Source: Planctomycetota bacterium
Lineage (GTDB): Bacteria > Planctomycetota > GCA-002687715 > CAIWVZ01
NCBI GenBank assembly: GCA_044222185.1
Contig: JBGANV010000003.1
Coordinates: 32,001 to 96,000 of the forward strand
Length of the DNA: 64,000 nucleotides
Direction: 5' to 3'
Both the position numbers and the translations under genes were made by a program. This document shows, piece by piece, positions 37,725 through 47,426 of this stretch (positions are counted from its first letter, which is position 1; the number at the start of each line of letters is the position of its first letter). The notes beneath the pieces were generated by a model. That model was not told the DNA's origin. It made no database searches and saw only the letters and a list, made by a program, of their open reading frames with translations.

Positions 37725-38720
37725 CTATTGAATGGTGACCTGCACGTCCGGCGACACCTCGTCGACCTGAACGCCGTTCCACATCACGGACGCGGCGAAC
37801 AGCGAGAGCCCGATGATGGACGGATCGGGCGGGATGTTCAGCGTCATGGCGAAGGTGCCGTCACCGGCCGTGATGCCGAGGAAGTTCTGGAACACGAGTG
37901 GGAAGTCGAGCGACAGGAAGAAGACGGGATCGGCATCCAGGGGCACGATGTCGCCCCCAGGTACGTAGATCCCGCCGTGGCCGAGGCTCATCGCTCCGAC
38001 ATACACATAGTTCGGATGACCCGCGCCTTGCAACGCGATCGACGTTCCGATCGCGGGTGCCCCGACCGACGTCAGCGTGGATCCGAAATAACGCAGGTCG
38101 TCGACCAGGGAGGACTGATAGACCGTCGCGCCGACGCCGCCTTGGGTGCCGACGCCGAGCGTCGTGATGGCGGATCCCGTGTGGTCCCAGATGCCGTCCA
38201 TGTTCGTGTCGATGAACATCTCGACGAGGACGCCCGTGGGGACCTCCTTCACCTGGAGCCGCACGCGTGCCATCGTCGTGGGCACGGGCAGGGCCTGGGA
38301 CGCGATTCCGACGGACGGGAACCCGCCCGCGCTGGCGTAGTAGACGTAGTAACGATCGAAGCCCGTGTACGGCGATCCGTTGTCCTGCACCTTCACCATG
38401 AAGTACGAGGCCGCCGCGCCGGCTCCCGTGTACCGGGCGATGGGGCCGGCGTATTGGAGACCTGGGGTCGCGGTGTCATAGATCGCCGTGACCTCGACGC
38501 AGCAGTTCGCGTCCGACACTCCGTTGTTCACGAGTTCCTGGAAGGTCACGCCGTACTGCCCCTGAACGGACGTGCCGGTGCTCGTCCAATTCCCGCGCTG
38601 CTCCGTGTACCCGGGGATCGTCGTGCCCGCCGGGTAGGTGAACGTGTCGAAGAGATCCTGCGCGACGACGGTCTGCGACAGCAGCAGGACGCCGAACGCG
38701 AATGCGGTGAACCTGGACAT
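37725..38720 (-). CDS. Secreted beta-sandwich (ConA/DUF1080-like) protein with shared C-terminal domain
   Basis: ATG 38720 after GGAGG; signal peptide VVA|Q; FDTF...GNW...Y...G.VG...VDDL pattern; C-terminal ...IPPDPSIIGLSLF... domain. Confidence 0.7.
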   Translation of the reverse strand: MSRFTAFAFGVLLLSQTVVAQDLFDTFTYPAGTTIPGYTEQRGNWTSTGTSVQGQYGVTFQELVNNGVSDANCCVEVTAIYDTATPGLQYAGPIARYTGAGAAASYFMVKVQDNGSPYTGFDRYYVYYASAGGFPSVGIASQALPVPTTMARVRLQVKEVPTGVLVEMFIDTNMDGIWDHTGSAITTLGVGTQGGVGATVYQSSLVDDLRYFGSTLTSVGAPAIGTSIALQGAGHPNYVYVGAMSLGHGGIYVPGGDIVPLDADPVFFLSLDFPLVFQNFLGITAGDGTFAMTLNIPPDPSIIGLSLFAASVMWNGVQVDEVSPDVQVTIQ

Positions 38721-38864
38721 TGGGAACCTCCGGGGGGCGAAAGCGACACGATAGTCGCCTGGGGGCGGCGCCGTCAAACCGCGTCGGAGCCGGGCGCCAT
38801 TTCCGACGCCGGTCGTGAAGCCCGGCCGTTGCTGCGCCGGATCTGAACGCGACCGAGCCCCGGG

Positions 38865-41837
38865 CTAACGGCGTGACTCGGGCGCAACCGCATCCGCGGC
38901 GGCCAGAAGCTGCTTGATGACGGTGATTTCCGCCTCGATCGATCCCGAGCCCGCCGGGAGTTTCCCGGCGACGTCGAGGAAGCGCCGCCCGTACGACCGC
39001 GCCTTGTCGTAGTGCCCACGCCTGTACGCGATGCGCGCCAATGCGTCGTTGCCGGGGAGGTTGTCCGCATCGAGTGCGAGCGTCCGCTTGAATGCCGTCT
39101 CGGCGGCGTCTTCGTTCCCACGCTGCATCGCCAGGTGTCCGAGAAGCTCGAAGGTGCGCCAGTACGCGTCGTCCATCTTCACGGCACCTTCGAGGATCGC
39201 CGCGGCCTCGTCGAACGCCTTTCGCCCCAGGGCCGCCTCGGCGCGATCGAGGACCGGATCCACGGACTTGCTCCGATCTCGATCGCGAAGCCACGAACGA
39301 GCGAGGCCCAGGTCGTCCGAATCAGGCGCGAGGTTGATGGCAAATCGGAACTCGGCAGCGACACGCTCCTGCGCCTCCTGCCTCGCCGCCTCGCGGCGCT
39401 CCGCGGGTTGCGTCGCGGCGATCTCCCGCATCCCGGCCAGGATCGCGAGCCCGCGGGACTGGTGGTATCGCGCCAACCCACGCGCCGCCGCCGTGTTCGA
39501 CCTGTCGATCCCCGCCGCACGCTCGAAGCAGGCCGCCGCGCGCTCCAGGTCGTTTTCGGCCTCGTAGCAATCGCCCGAGAGGGTCCACGATTCGGCGTCC
39601 TCGGGCATGTACTTGCGCGCCAGTTCGAAGGCCTGGCGGGCCTTGGGGACATCTCGCTTCTGCTTGGGTGACGTCGGGTCGAGGTGGCTGCGGCCCGCAG
39701 CGACATACACGTCGCGCAGCGCGCGCAGGGTCGCGGGGTCTTCGGCGTCCGCCATGTACGCCGCCTCGAGGACCTTCACCGCCTCGCGGTTGCGTCCCAT
39801 CTTCAGCAGCCACTCCGAGAAGGTCCGTTTGGCAGCGTTCGAGTTCGGGTCGCGCTCGACGGCCAGTGCGAGGTCGGTTCCCGCTTGCTTGGGGTCCACG
39901 TCCGCCACGATCTGCGCGCGGATCAGGTAGCCCTCGGCACGCTCGGGCCAGGTGCGCACGACGAAGTCCGCCTGCCGCATGGCTTCGTTCAGATGATCGC
40001 CTCGCCAGGAGGCCTGCCGGAGGATCCTCGAGAGGTCGCAGCGGGCCTGGATCTCCGCGTCCTCCGCCGCGCGTCGCGTCCGCGCGTCGCTCGTGCGGCG
40101 GTAGCGCGCGTCGGTCGATAGCTCGATGACGCGCTCGTACGACGTGACGGAATCGTCGACGACCTTTCGGGCGCGGTCGATCAGGTCCCGGCTCCTGGCA
40201 TCGACGAGTGTCTCGAAGGCGCGGCGGACGTCCAGCCCCGCCTCGAGCATGAGCGCGCGCACGTGGTCCGGGTGATCTGCGAGCAGGGCTCGGAGCAGTT
40301 CCCGCGCCGCCGCGAACTGGTCGTCGCCCAGCACGGCCGCGATCTGGTTGAACCTGACGTTCGCGACGTCGAGTCCGAAGCGTTCGAGCAAGGCACCATG
40401 CCGCGCGTGGAGGCTCACGAGCCGGTCGTACTCCGCGATCGCTTCCTTGAAGCGGCGCATCTCGAGGAGCGCGTCGGCGAGCAGGAGACGCGCCCGGACC
40501 TCGCGTACCGGATCCGGGCTGCGCGTGACGGCCCTGCGGAACAGATCGACGGCTTCGCGCTTGCGAGCCGCCGTCGTGGGCGCGACGCGCAGCGCCTCCC
40601 CCACCTTCAACATCGGGAGCGGATCGTTCGCCTCCACGGCCATTGCGCGGCGAAAGACCGTCTCCCCGTCTTGGAATTCGGCGTACCGCGACCGCGCGCC
40701 CAAGGTGAGGCAGACGAGGATGACGGCCGCTGCGACGTACCGCGCCACGCCCGGAATTCGCCCGACGATCGCGCCCAGGAACACACCCACCATCGGAAGT
40801 CCGACGATGAGGTAGCGATCCGCCATCGCGAGGGAGGATCGCGGGAAGACCCCATTGAAGGGTGCGAGCGACACCAGGACGAACGCCACGGCGAACGAGG
40901 CGATCCCCGCCACGCCACTGCGTCGTCGGATCATCACGACGATGCCGGCTGACGTTGCGACGAGGAGCAGGGCTCCGATCGCGTGCTCCGTGCGGAACGG
41001 CCAGGGCTCGAGGTCGTAGTGGAGAGAGAGCTGAACCGGAAGGACGAGATGCTCGACGTATCGGCCGAGGGCTTGGAGGAAGTTGATCGCGTGCTCGGCC
41101 GTCGTGAACCGCCCCGCATCGCCGGCCGTGCCCTCCTCGAGGGCGACGCGGTAGTGGATCGCGGTGAGCGCGAGCGCAACGACGGTGAGCACGCCCACCA
41201 GGGCGCCGGGCCGAGCGCGTGGCGAAAGACTCCCATCCGTCCGGCACCAGAGCCACAGCAGGACGACGAGGCCCGGCACGACGACGACCGTGCCCTTCGC
41301 GAGGAGCGCGAGCCCCAGGAACGCGGCCGCCCCCGCGACGCGGCCGAGGCCCCCACGCCGAAGGTGCCCCAGCGCGAATGCGAGCGACAGCAGCAGCAGG
41401 AGCAGGCTCACCTGGTCCTTGCGGCCAGCGGCCCACGCCACGGACTCCGCCGCAACGGGATGAACGGCGAACACGCAGGCGGCCATGGCCGCGATCCAAC
41501 GTGATCGGAACAGCGCATGGACGAGCCAGCCCACGAGCACCGCACACAGGCCGTGCCAGACCAGGGACGAAAGGTGAAACCCTGCCGGGTCGAGCCCGAA
41601 GAAGGACGCGTCGATCACGAGCGACGAGACGTAGAGCGGAAGCCACGCATGCTCGTGGCGCTCGGAGAACACCGCGACGGCGTTCGCGACCGACGGCTCT
41701 CGTACGCGCGGATTCTCGAGGATGATCCCCGGATCGTCGAAGTTCAGGAACCCGTTGCGCATCGCCGGTGACCCCGCGGCGATCACGAGGAGCACGACTC
41801 CGAGGCCGAGGAGGATGCGGAAACGACCGTCGCTCAC
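38865..41837 (-). CDS. TMTC-like multi-TM glycosyltransferase (putative protein O-mannosyltransferase, GT-C) with TPR repeats
   Basis: NGFLNFDD...ENP, FAVHPVAAESVAW..GRKD, LLAKG, ADRYL, about 10 TM helices, then a long TPR tract; GTG 41837 overlaps the upstream stop. Confidence 0.8.
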   Translation of the reverse strand: MSDGRFRILLGLGVVLLVIAAGSPAMRNGFLNFDDPGIILENPRVREPSVANAVAVFSERHEHAWLPLYVSSLVIDASFFGLDPAGFHLSSLVWHGLCAVLVGWLVHALFRSRWIAAMAACVFAVHPVAAESVAWAAGRKDQVSLLLLLLSLAFALGHLRRGGLGRVAGAAAFLGLALLAKGTVVVVPGLVVLLWLWCRTDGSLSPRARPGALVGVLTVVALALTAIHYRVALEEGTAGDAGRFTTAEHAINFLQALGRYVEHLVLPVQLSLHYDLEPWPFRTEHAIGALLLVATSAGIVVMIRRRSGVAGIASFAVAFVLVSLAPFNGVFPRSSLAMADRYLIVGLPMVGVFLGAIVGRIPGVARYVAAAVILVCLTLGARSRYAEFQDGETVFRRAMAVEANDPLPMLKVGEALRVAPTTAARKREAVDLFRRAVTRSPDPVREVRARLLLADALLEMRRFKEAIAEYDRLVSLHARHGALLERFGLDVANVRFNQIAAVLGDDQFAAARELLRALLADHPDHVRALMLEAGLDVRRAFETLVDARSRDLIDRARKVVDDSVTSYERVIELSTDARYRRTSDARTRRAAEDAEIQARCDLSRILRQASWRGDHLNEAMRQADFVVRTWPERAEGYLIRAQIVADVDPKQAGTDLALAVERDPNSNAAKRTFSEWLLKMGRNREAVKVLEAAYMADAEDPATLRALRDVYVAAGRSHLDPTSPKQKRDVPKARQAFELARKYMPEDAESWTLSGDCYEAENDLERAAACFERAAGIDRSNTAAARGLARYHQSRGLAILAGMREIAATQPAERREAARQEAQERVAAEFRFAINLAPDSDDLGLARSWLRDRDRSKSVDPVLDRAEAALGRKAFDEAAAILEGAVKMDDAYWRTFELLGHLAMQRGNEDAAETAFKRTLALDADNLPGNDALARIAYRRGHYDKARSYGRRFLDVAGKLPAGSGSIEAEITVIKQLLAAADAVAPESRR

Positions 41838-43567
41838 GCGGAGCTCTCCAGCTCTCCCGTCACGAGCCGGTCGAGAACCGCGAGCGCGAGGGCGAACCAA
41901 CGACCTCGCGCCGATACCGACCGCGACTCGAACGCCTTCCGAACGCGCGCCGGATCGAAGCCAAAACGCGCGAGGCCGTCGCCAGCGACGAGCTCACGCG
42001 CCCGCTCGGCCCAAGGGCCGTCGAGCCACGCGTCGAGGGGCATGGGGAATCCCATCTTGTCGGTGCGGCGCTTGGCTGCCTCGGGCAGCGCCGCGCCGAC
42101 CGCTTCGCGGAAGAGTCTTCGCGGCGCGTCGGGTGGGCTCTTCTCGCACAGCGGGATGCGCCTTGCGAGCGCCGTGACGACGGGGTCGAGCAACGGCGCG
42201 CGTCCCTCGATGCCGAACGCGGCAAGCGTCACGTCGTCGACGGCCAGGAGCCCGGGGAGGAACGTGGCGTTCTCGAATGCGAGCGCCGCGTCGGCGCGGT
42301 CGCGGCTCTGCGCGGGAAGAGCGAAACGGCCGATCGCTTCGGTTTCGGCGGCGCTCGAGGGGATGAGCGCGTCGAGCCACTCACGGCCGCGAAACACGGC
42401 AGCGGAGAGCGGGTCGGGGGCACGCGACATGGCGGCGGCCAGCGCCGCGTAGGTCCCGTCGACGGACGCAGCCTCCCCCCGCGCGAGTCGCTGGAGGATC
42501 CGATGGCGCTCGTACCCGCCGAAGAGCTCGTCGCCGCCCGTCCCGGTGAAGACGACCTTCACGCCGAGACGCGCCGCCTCGCGCGCGAGGACGAACTGGG
42601 CAAGCGCGCCGGGACCGGCCTGCGGACCCCCGAGCCGCCGGACGACGGACGCGAATGCATCCCACGCGTCGTCCGCCGTGATCGGCACTTCGACCAGATC
42701 CAACCCGAGTTCTCGCGCCACGGCACGGGCATGGGGGCGCTCGTCCAGGTGAGGCGCGTCGGGGAAGAACCCGACGATCGCCAGTGAGGGAGGCGTCCCT
42801 GCCGCGCACAGGAGGCCTGCGACCGCTGACGAATCCAGCCCCCCGGACAAGAACACGGCAGACCGCTGCGCGGTCGGGCCCTGAAGCCGCGCCGTGCTGC
42901 GAAGCGCCGAGGAGAGGTCGATTTCCGACGGCCCCGTGTAGCGCACCGGATACCGCACGACGGCGCGCGCCGAATCCCCCCCGACGAGCCAGGTCTCACC
43001 AGGGACGACGGGGCGCAATCCGCGGAACAGCGTCGCGTCCCGGGGCAGGAACTGGAACGCCAGGAGGTGCGCCAATGCCCGGCGATCGATCTGCGGCGCG
43101 CAGCCGGCGCGCTTCAACAGCGGCCACGGCTCGCTCGCGGCGAGGATCCCGGACGGCGACTCGAGCACGTAGAGCTGACGGACGCCGACCTCGTCGCGCG
43201 ACAGGATGAGACGCCCCGTCGAGCGATGCCACGCAGCGACGGCGAACGGTCCGCGCACGCGCCCCAGTGCTTGCGGCCCTTCGCGGCGCAGGGTCGTTGC
43301 GAGGGGCATGAGATCGTTCGACGATGTGACGTCGACGTCCAAGCTGGCGTGGTTGAACACCTCCGCATTCGCCACGAGGACCACGTCGTCGCCGGCACGC
43401 AGCGGCTGGTCGAATCGGGCATCGCCGTTGATCCGCAGCCGTGCGGCTCCCAGGGCGACGTCGCCATCGCGATGGATCCCGGACGCGTCGGGCCCGCGGT
43501 GCCGGAGCTCGTCGACGATCTCGGCGACGGCCGCGGGGCGGCCGACGGCAGCAGCGATCCCGCACAT
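41834..43567 (-). CDS. Asparagine synthase-family (AsnB-like) glutamine amidotransferase
   Basis: True start at 43567, MCGI (Ntn Cys); HRGPD, FLSGGLDSS, GTGGDELFGGY, EGRAPLLD, KMGF. Confidence 0.92.
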   Translation of the reverse strand: MCGIAAAVGRPAAVAEIVDELRHRGPDASGIHRDGDVALGAARLRINGDARFDQPLRAGDDVVLVANAEVFNHASLDVDVTSSNDLMPLATTLRREGPQALGRVRGPFAVAAWHRSTGRLILSRDEVGVRQLYVLESPSGILAASEPWPLLKRAGCAPQIDRRALAHLLAFQFLPRDATLFRGLRPVVPGETWLVGGDSARAVVRYPVRYTGPSEIDLSSALRSTARLQGPTAQRSAVFLSGGLDSSAVAGLLCAAGTPPSLAIVGFFPDAPHLDERPHARAVARELGLDLVEVPITADDAWDAFASVVRRLGGPQAGPGALAQFVLAREAARLGVKVVFTGTGGDELFGGYERHRILQRLARGEAASVDGTYAALAAAMSRAPDPLSAAVFRGREWLDALIPSSAAETEAIGRFALPAQSRDRADAALAFENATFLPGLLAVDDVTLAAFGIEGRAPLLDPVVTALARRIPLCEKSPPDAPRRLFREAVGAALPEAAKRRTDKMGFPMPLDAWLDGPWAERARELVAGDGLARFGFDPARVRKAFESRSVSARGRWFALALAVLDRLVTGELESSA

Positions 43568-44310
43568 CAGACGCCCACGGCGATCTGAACGCCGTACTCG
43601 TTCTGGACCGTGTCGAGCAGGTCCCAGAAATTGTCGATCGTGTAGCGCGGTTGCGTACGCCCCTCGGCGAGCGCGTGCCGTCCCTCGCGCCGATTCCACA
43701 CGCTGATGAGGCCGGCCGCGTTGGCGGCATCGACGTCGTTCACCGGGTGGTCGCCCACGTGCATCGCCTCGAAGGGCCGCACGCCCACGCGCTCGACGGC
43801 GCGCAGGTAGAGCTTGGGGTTCGGCTTCCCGATTCCCACGTGGTCCGAGATGAAGATCGCACGGTGATCGATGAATCGATGCACGCGGAGGCGCACGATC
43901 TTCTCGGCCTGCTTGAGGGTGATCCCGCTGCTGATGATCCCGAGGATGAGCCGCGACTTGGAGAGGAGCCTCAAGACCTCGGTGACGTCGTCATAGGCGG
44001 TGAGCTCCCGGAACTTCGTCTCGTGATAGGCGACGACGGCGGCGGAAACGAGCAGCGGGAAGTTCAGGCCGAGGGTCGCATCGAGCGGCAGACGCGATAG
44101 CAGCTTGTCGAAATGGTGCTCGTAGTTGCTCGAGAACTCCTCGATGACTTCCTCGAGTTCGCGGAGCACCGTCGACCGATCGGCGCGCAACCCCAGTGAG
44201 ATCATGGCATCGACCGACGCCTCGCGCGCGCGGCTCGCGAACGACGAGGTCGAGAACAGCGTGTCGTCGATGTCGAAGAAAATGGCTTTGAGCACCGTCT
44301 TCGCGCCCAT
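43567..44310 (-). CDS. HAD-superfamily hydrolase (subfamily IA, TIGR02253-like)
   Basis: AIFFDIDDTL, GIISSG, KPNP, HVGD..NDV; stop overlaps the AsnB-like start. Confidence 0.92.
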   Translation of the reverse strand: MGAKTVLKAIFFDIDDTLFSTSSFASRAREASVDAMISLGLRADRSTVLRELEEVIEEFSSNYEHHFDKLLSRLPLDATLGLNFPLLVSAAVVAYHETKFRELTAYDDVTEVLRLLSKSRLILGIISSGITLKQAEKIVRLRVHRFIDHRAIFISDHVGIGKPNPKLYLRAVERVGVRPFEAMHVGDHPVNDVDAANAAGLISVWNRREGRHALAEGRTQPRYTIDNFWDLLDTVQNEYGVQIAVGV

Positions 44311-44370
44311 GGTCCGTCGATGATACCCGCGGCCTCGCCGGTCGCCGCGTCTGGCGTTCGGGCCGGGAAT

Positions 44371-44413
44371 GCGAAACGCCGACGTCGCGCTCGCGCGCCC
44401 GTCGGCGTTTTGC
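44371..44413 (-). terminator. Hairpin terminator after secretin A
   Basis: GCGAAACGCCGACG...CGTCGGCGTTTTGC, a 14-bp inverted repeat ending ~20 nt downstream of the stop. Confidence 0.6.
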
Positions 44414-44434
44414 GGTCAGTGCGTCAGTCGGAGA

Positions 44435-47065
44435 TCAGCGGTCGAGGTTCTTTTCCTCTTCCGACAGGTCCACGATCTTGACGTGCATGATGATGATCAG
44501 ATCGCGGATCTCATCCGAGCGCCCCTTGCGCGAGAAGAGGAGGGAGATGATCGGGATCTGGCTCAGGATCGGGGTCTCGGACCGGACGTCCACCGTGGAG
44601 ATGTGCTTCAGGCCACCGATGACGACGTAGCCGTTGTCCGGCACCGTGACCGTCGTCGCAGCCGAGCGCGTGATGATCTCCGGGAGCTCGATGACGACGG
44701 GCGTCGTGAGACCGGAGAGGCTCGACTCGAACGTGCGGATCGGGCGGATCAGCGTCGCAACCGTCGGCTGCAGCTCGAGGGTCACGTACTTGCGGTCGTA
44801 GCTGACCACCGGGCGGACGTCGAGCGTGAGGCCGTCCTGGACGACGTCGACGAGCGGGTCGGCGATGAACGCCGTCTGCGCGACTTCCACGTCGTAGTCC
44901 TTCACGTACGAGACCTGGTTGACGATCGACAGGTTCGCGCGTTGGCGGTTGTAGATCGTCAGGCGCGGCGCGTTGACCAGCGTCGTGTCCTGGCGCTTCT
45001 CGACGGCGCGGAAGAGCCCGTTGAGCTTCAGGTCGTCGTTCAGGATCGAGAAGCTCAGCGTCATGCCGCCGTTCGGCGAGAGCAGCGCACCCAGGTTCTT
45101 GTCGAGAATGTTCTCCGTGCGGGCCCGGACGTCGCCGTCCGAGTTGTCGTTGAAGAACGCACCGCTCGACGGGTGGAGGCTCGATGCCGCCGGGTTGCCC
45201 GGCTGGCCGTTGTCGAAACCGGACGATGCATTGTTCGGCGCGCCGTTGTTGACGTCGTCGAGCAACGCGATCGAGCCCGGGTTCTGACCGCCGAGTCCGC
45301 GGAAGTCGAAGCCCACGTCGCTCAAGAACGCCTTGTCGATCGACAGGAAGCGCGCTTCGACGTGCACGGTAAGCTTGTTGAACTTGCGGAGCTCGTTGAG
45401 GAACGAGTCGACCGCCTTGTGCGTGTCAGGCGTCGTCGAGATGACGATCTGGCCCGACGACGGCGTGATCGAGTGGCCTTCTGCGTCCCACGTGCCCGCA
45501 CCCACGTTCTCGCGGATGAGGTCGACGAGGCGCTGGAGGTCCGTGTCCTGCGTGCGCTCGAGGTCTTCACCCCAGATGGCCTTCACGGCCGCTTCGCCTG
45601 CGCCACCCGGACGGAGGTTCAGGTTCGGGGCCTTGAAGTGCGGCAGCGACACCGTGAGGTCGCGCACTTCGTAGACGCGCGGGATGGACTTGCCCATCGC
45701 CTTCTCGGCCGTCGTGATGTAGAGCACGTCGTCGCGGAGGGTGTAGGCGAGCTTGAGGTTGCTCAAGAGGATCTTGAGTGCGCCACCGAGCTTGTAGTCG
45801 CGCAGCGTGACGGAAACCGGCTCGGCGCCCTTCTCCGTGAGGACGTCCGGGTCGACGACCACGTTGATGCCCGTCGAGTTGCGGAGCTGCTTGATGACTT
45901 CCTTGAACTCGACCGGCGCCTCGCCGTAGTCCCAGGTCACGTTGTCGTTGTCGAGCTTGGCCTTGATCGTGCGCAGCGAATCGCTGAGGTCGGCGGCCTT
46001 GTCGACGATGTCACCGCGCTTGGAGCGATCCTTGATCTTGCTCCACGTGTCGGTGTCGGCCCACGTGAGGACGTCGTTGTTCGGGATCTGGGCCGCGCGG
46101 ACGTCGTTGAGCCACTGCTCGAAGTGGTCCCGGCGCTCGCGCCAGAACTTCTCGCGCCACTGGCTGTGACGGGCCGAGCGCGACGCATCGACGAGTTCCT
46201 TGGCCTTCTGGTTGTTCGGCTGGAGGTTCAGGACCTTCGTGGCCTGGTGCTCGCTGTTGTCGAAGTCGCCCTTGTTGAAGCTCTCGATGGCGGCGACGAG
46301 CAGGTTCTTGATGGTCTCCTGCTCCTTGCGGCGCGCCGCTTCCTCCTGCGCGACCAGCTTCTGGTACGCGTCCTGGAACTCGGCCGTCTCCGAGGCCTTC
46401 TTCTGGCTCTCGAGCTTGCGGCTCACGATGGCGAGGAGGTCGTTGACGTCCTGCTTTCGCGCGCCGAAGTCCGTCTCGTACGGATCGAAGCGCATGATGA
46501 GCTGGGCGCTCTCCAGTTCCTTGCGCGCCGAGTCGAACTCACCCTGCGACTCGTTGTGCGTCGCCTTGGTGTAGTGCGAGTTGACGAGCATCACCTGCTG
46601 CTGGCGGGCCAGCTGGCGGCGGTTCTGCATCATCGCGACGGTGTCCTGCGTGGACTCGAGCTTGCGGCCCTGAAGTCCCATCACCGTGTTGAAGAGCTCG
46701 ATCGCCTGCGGGTCGTTCGGGTTGACACCGAGCGCCTGGAGGACGTTCTCCTCCGCGCGCTTCAGGTCCTGCTGCTGGAGAGCGGCGTTCGCAGCGTCGA
46801 GGTAGGCCTTGACGAGCGTGGCGTCCTTCTCCTGGCGGGCGCGAGCCTCGCCTTGCAGCTTCGAGAACTCGCCGCCCGCTGCGGCCTGTTGATTGGCCGA
46901 GGGTGGCATCGACGGCGGCGTCTGCACGGAGACGGGCGTCGAGTCTTGAGGCGCCGGTGCCTGCTCCTGGGTCGTCTCCTTCGAGGAGCACGCGCCGATC
47001 ACGACCACGGCGACCAGCGAAGCGACCAAGGAGAACAGTGACGTGGCACGCCGGGTTCGAGACAT
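44435..47065 (-). CDS. Secretin-family outer-membrane protein A (lipoprotein; TPR, STN/N3, secretin domain)
   Basis: Lipobox IGAC; TPRs; TGINVVVD (STN-like); VDSFLNELR (N3); VHVEARF, APRLT..NRQRA, LDVRP.VS.D, VTVPDNG..VIGGL, PILSQIPIISLLF. Confidence 0.88.
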   Translation of the reverse strand: MSRTRRATSLFSLVASLVAVVVIGACSSKETTQEQAPAPQDSTPVSVQTPPSMPPSANQQAAAGGEFSKLQGEARARQEKDATLVKAYLDAANAALQQQDLKRAEENVLQALGVNPNDPQAIELFNTVMGLQGRKLESTQDTVAMMQNRRQLARQQQVMLVNSHYTKATHNESQGEFDSARKELESAQLIMRFDPYETDFGARKQDVNDLLAIVSRKLESQKKASETAEFQDAYQKLVAQEEAARRKEQETIKNLLVAAIESFNKGDFDNSEHQATKVLNLQPNNQKAKELVDASRSARHSQWREKFWRERRDHFEQWLNDVRAAQIPNNDVLTWADTDTWSKIKDRSKRGDIVDKAADLSDSLRTIKAKLDNDNVTWDYGEAPVEFKEVIKQLRNSTGINVVVDPDVLTEKGAEPVSVTLRDYKLGGALKILLSNLKLAYTLRDDVLYITTAEKAMGKSIPRVYEVRDLTVSLPHFKAPNLNLRPGGAGEAAVKAIWGEDLERTQDTDLQRLVDLIRENVGAGTWDAEGHSITPSSGQIVISTTPDTHKAVDSFLNELRKFNKLTVHVEARFLSIDKAFLSDVGFDFRGLGGQNPGSIALLDDVNNGAPNNASSGFDNGQPGNPAASSLHPSSGAFFNDNSDGDVRARTENILDKNLGALLSPNGGMTLSFSILNDDLKLNGLFRAVEKRQDTTLVNAPRLTIYNRQRANLSIVNQVSYVKDYDVEVAQTAFIADPLVDVVQDGLTLDVRPVVSYDRKYVTLELQPTVATLIRPIRTFESSLSGLTTPVVIELPEIITRSAATTVTVPDNGYVVIGGLKHISTVDVRSETPILSQIPIISLLFSRKGRSDEIRDLIIIMHVKIVDLSEEEKNLDR

Positions 47066-47233
47066 GAATTCGGCTTCCATCACGAGTGAGCTACTCCAGA
47101 GGGCGTCGGACGCCCGCAAGCTTTCAACCCTGGCCGAGGCCGGGCATTCGGTCACAGGTTTCCCGAAGATGAGCAGCTCCATGGCCCTAAAGCCATGGAA
47201 CGGCTAGCGATTCCATCCGCAGACGAGGCCGGG

Positions 47234-47262
47234 ATTCTAAGGATCGAAGAAAAGAGTGTCAA
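47234..47262 (-). promoter_or_regulatory. Sigma70-type promoter of secretin A
   Basis: Minus strand TTGACA-N17-TAGAAT, near consensus, in an AT-richer gap. Confidence 0.75.
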
Positions 47263-47426
47263 CCAGGGGAACGGGTTCGGAGTTGAGGCTCGTCGGCGGA
47301 CATGCCGAAGCCAGACTCCGATGATCGTGAACAGGCACCGCCTGACTCTGGCGGAGGGGTCACGCGGACTCGCGGCCCAGGGTTTCCTCGGGAAAATCGC
47401 CTGTTGCGACCGGCTCCCGGATGGCC

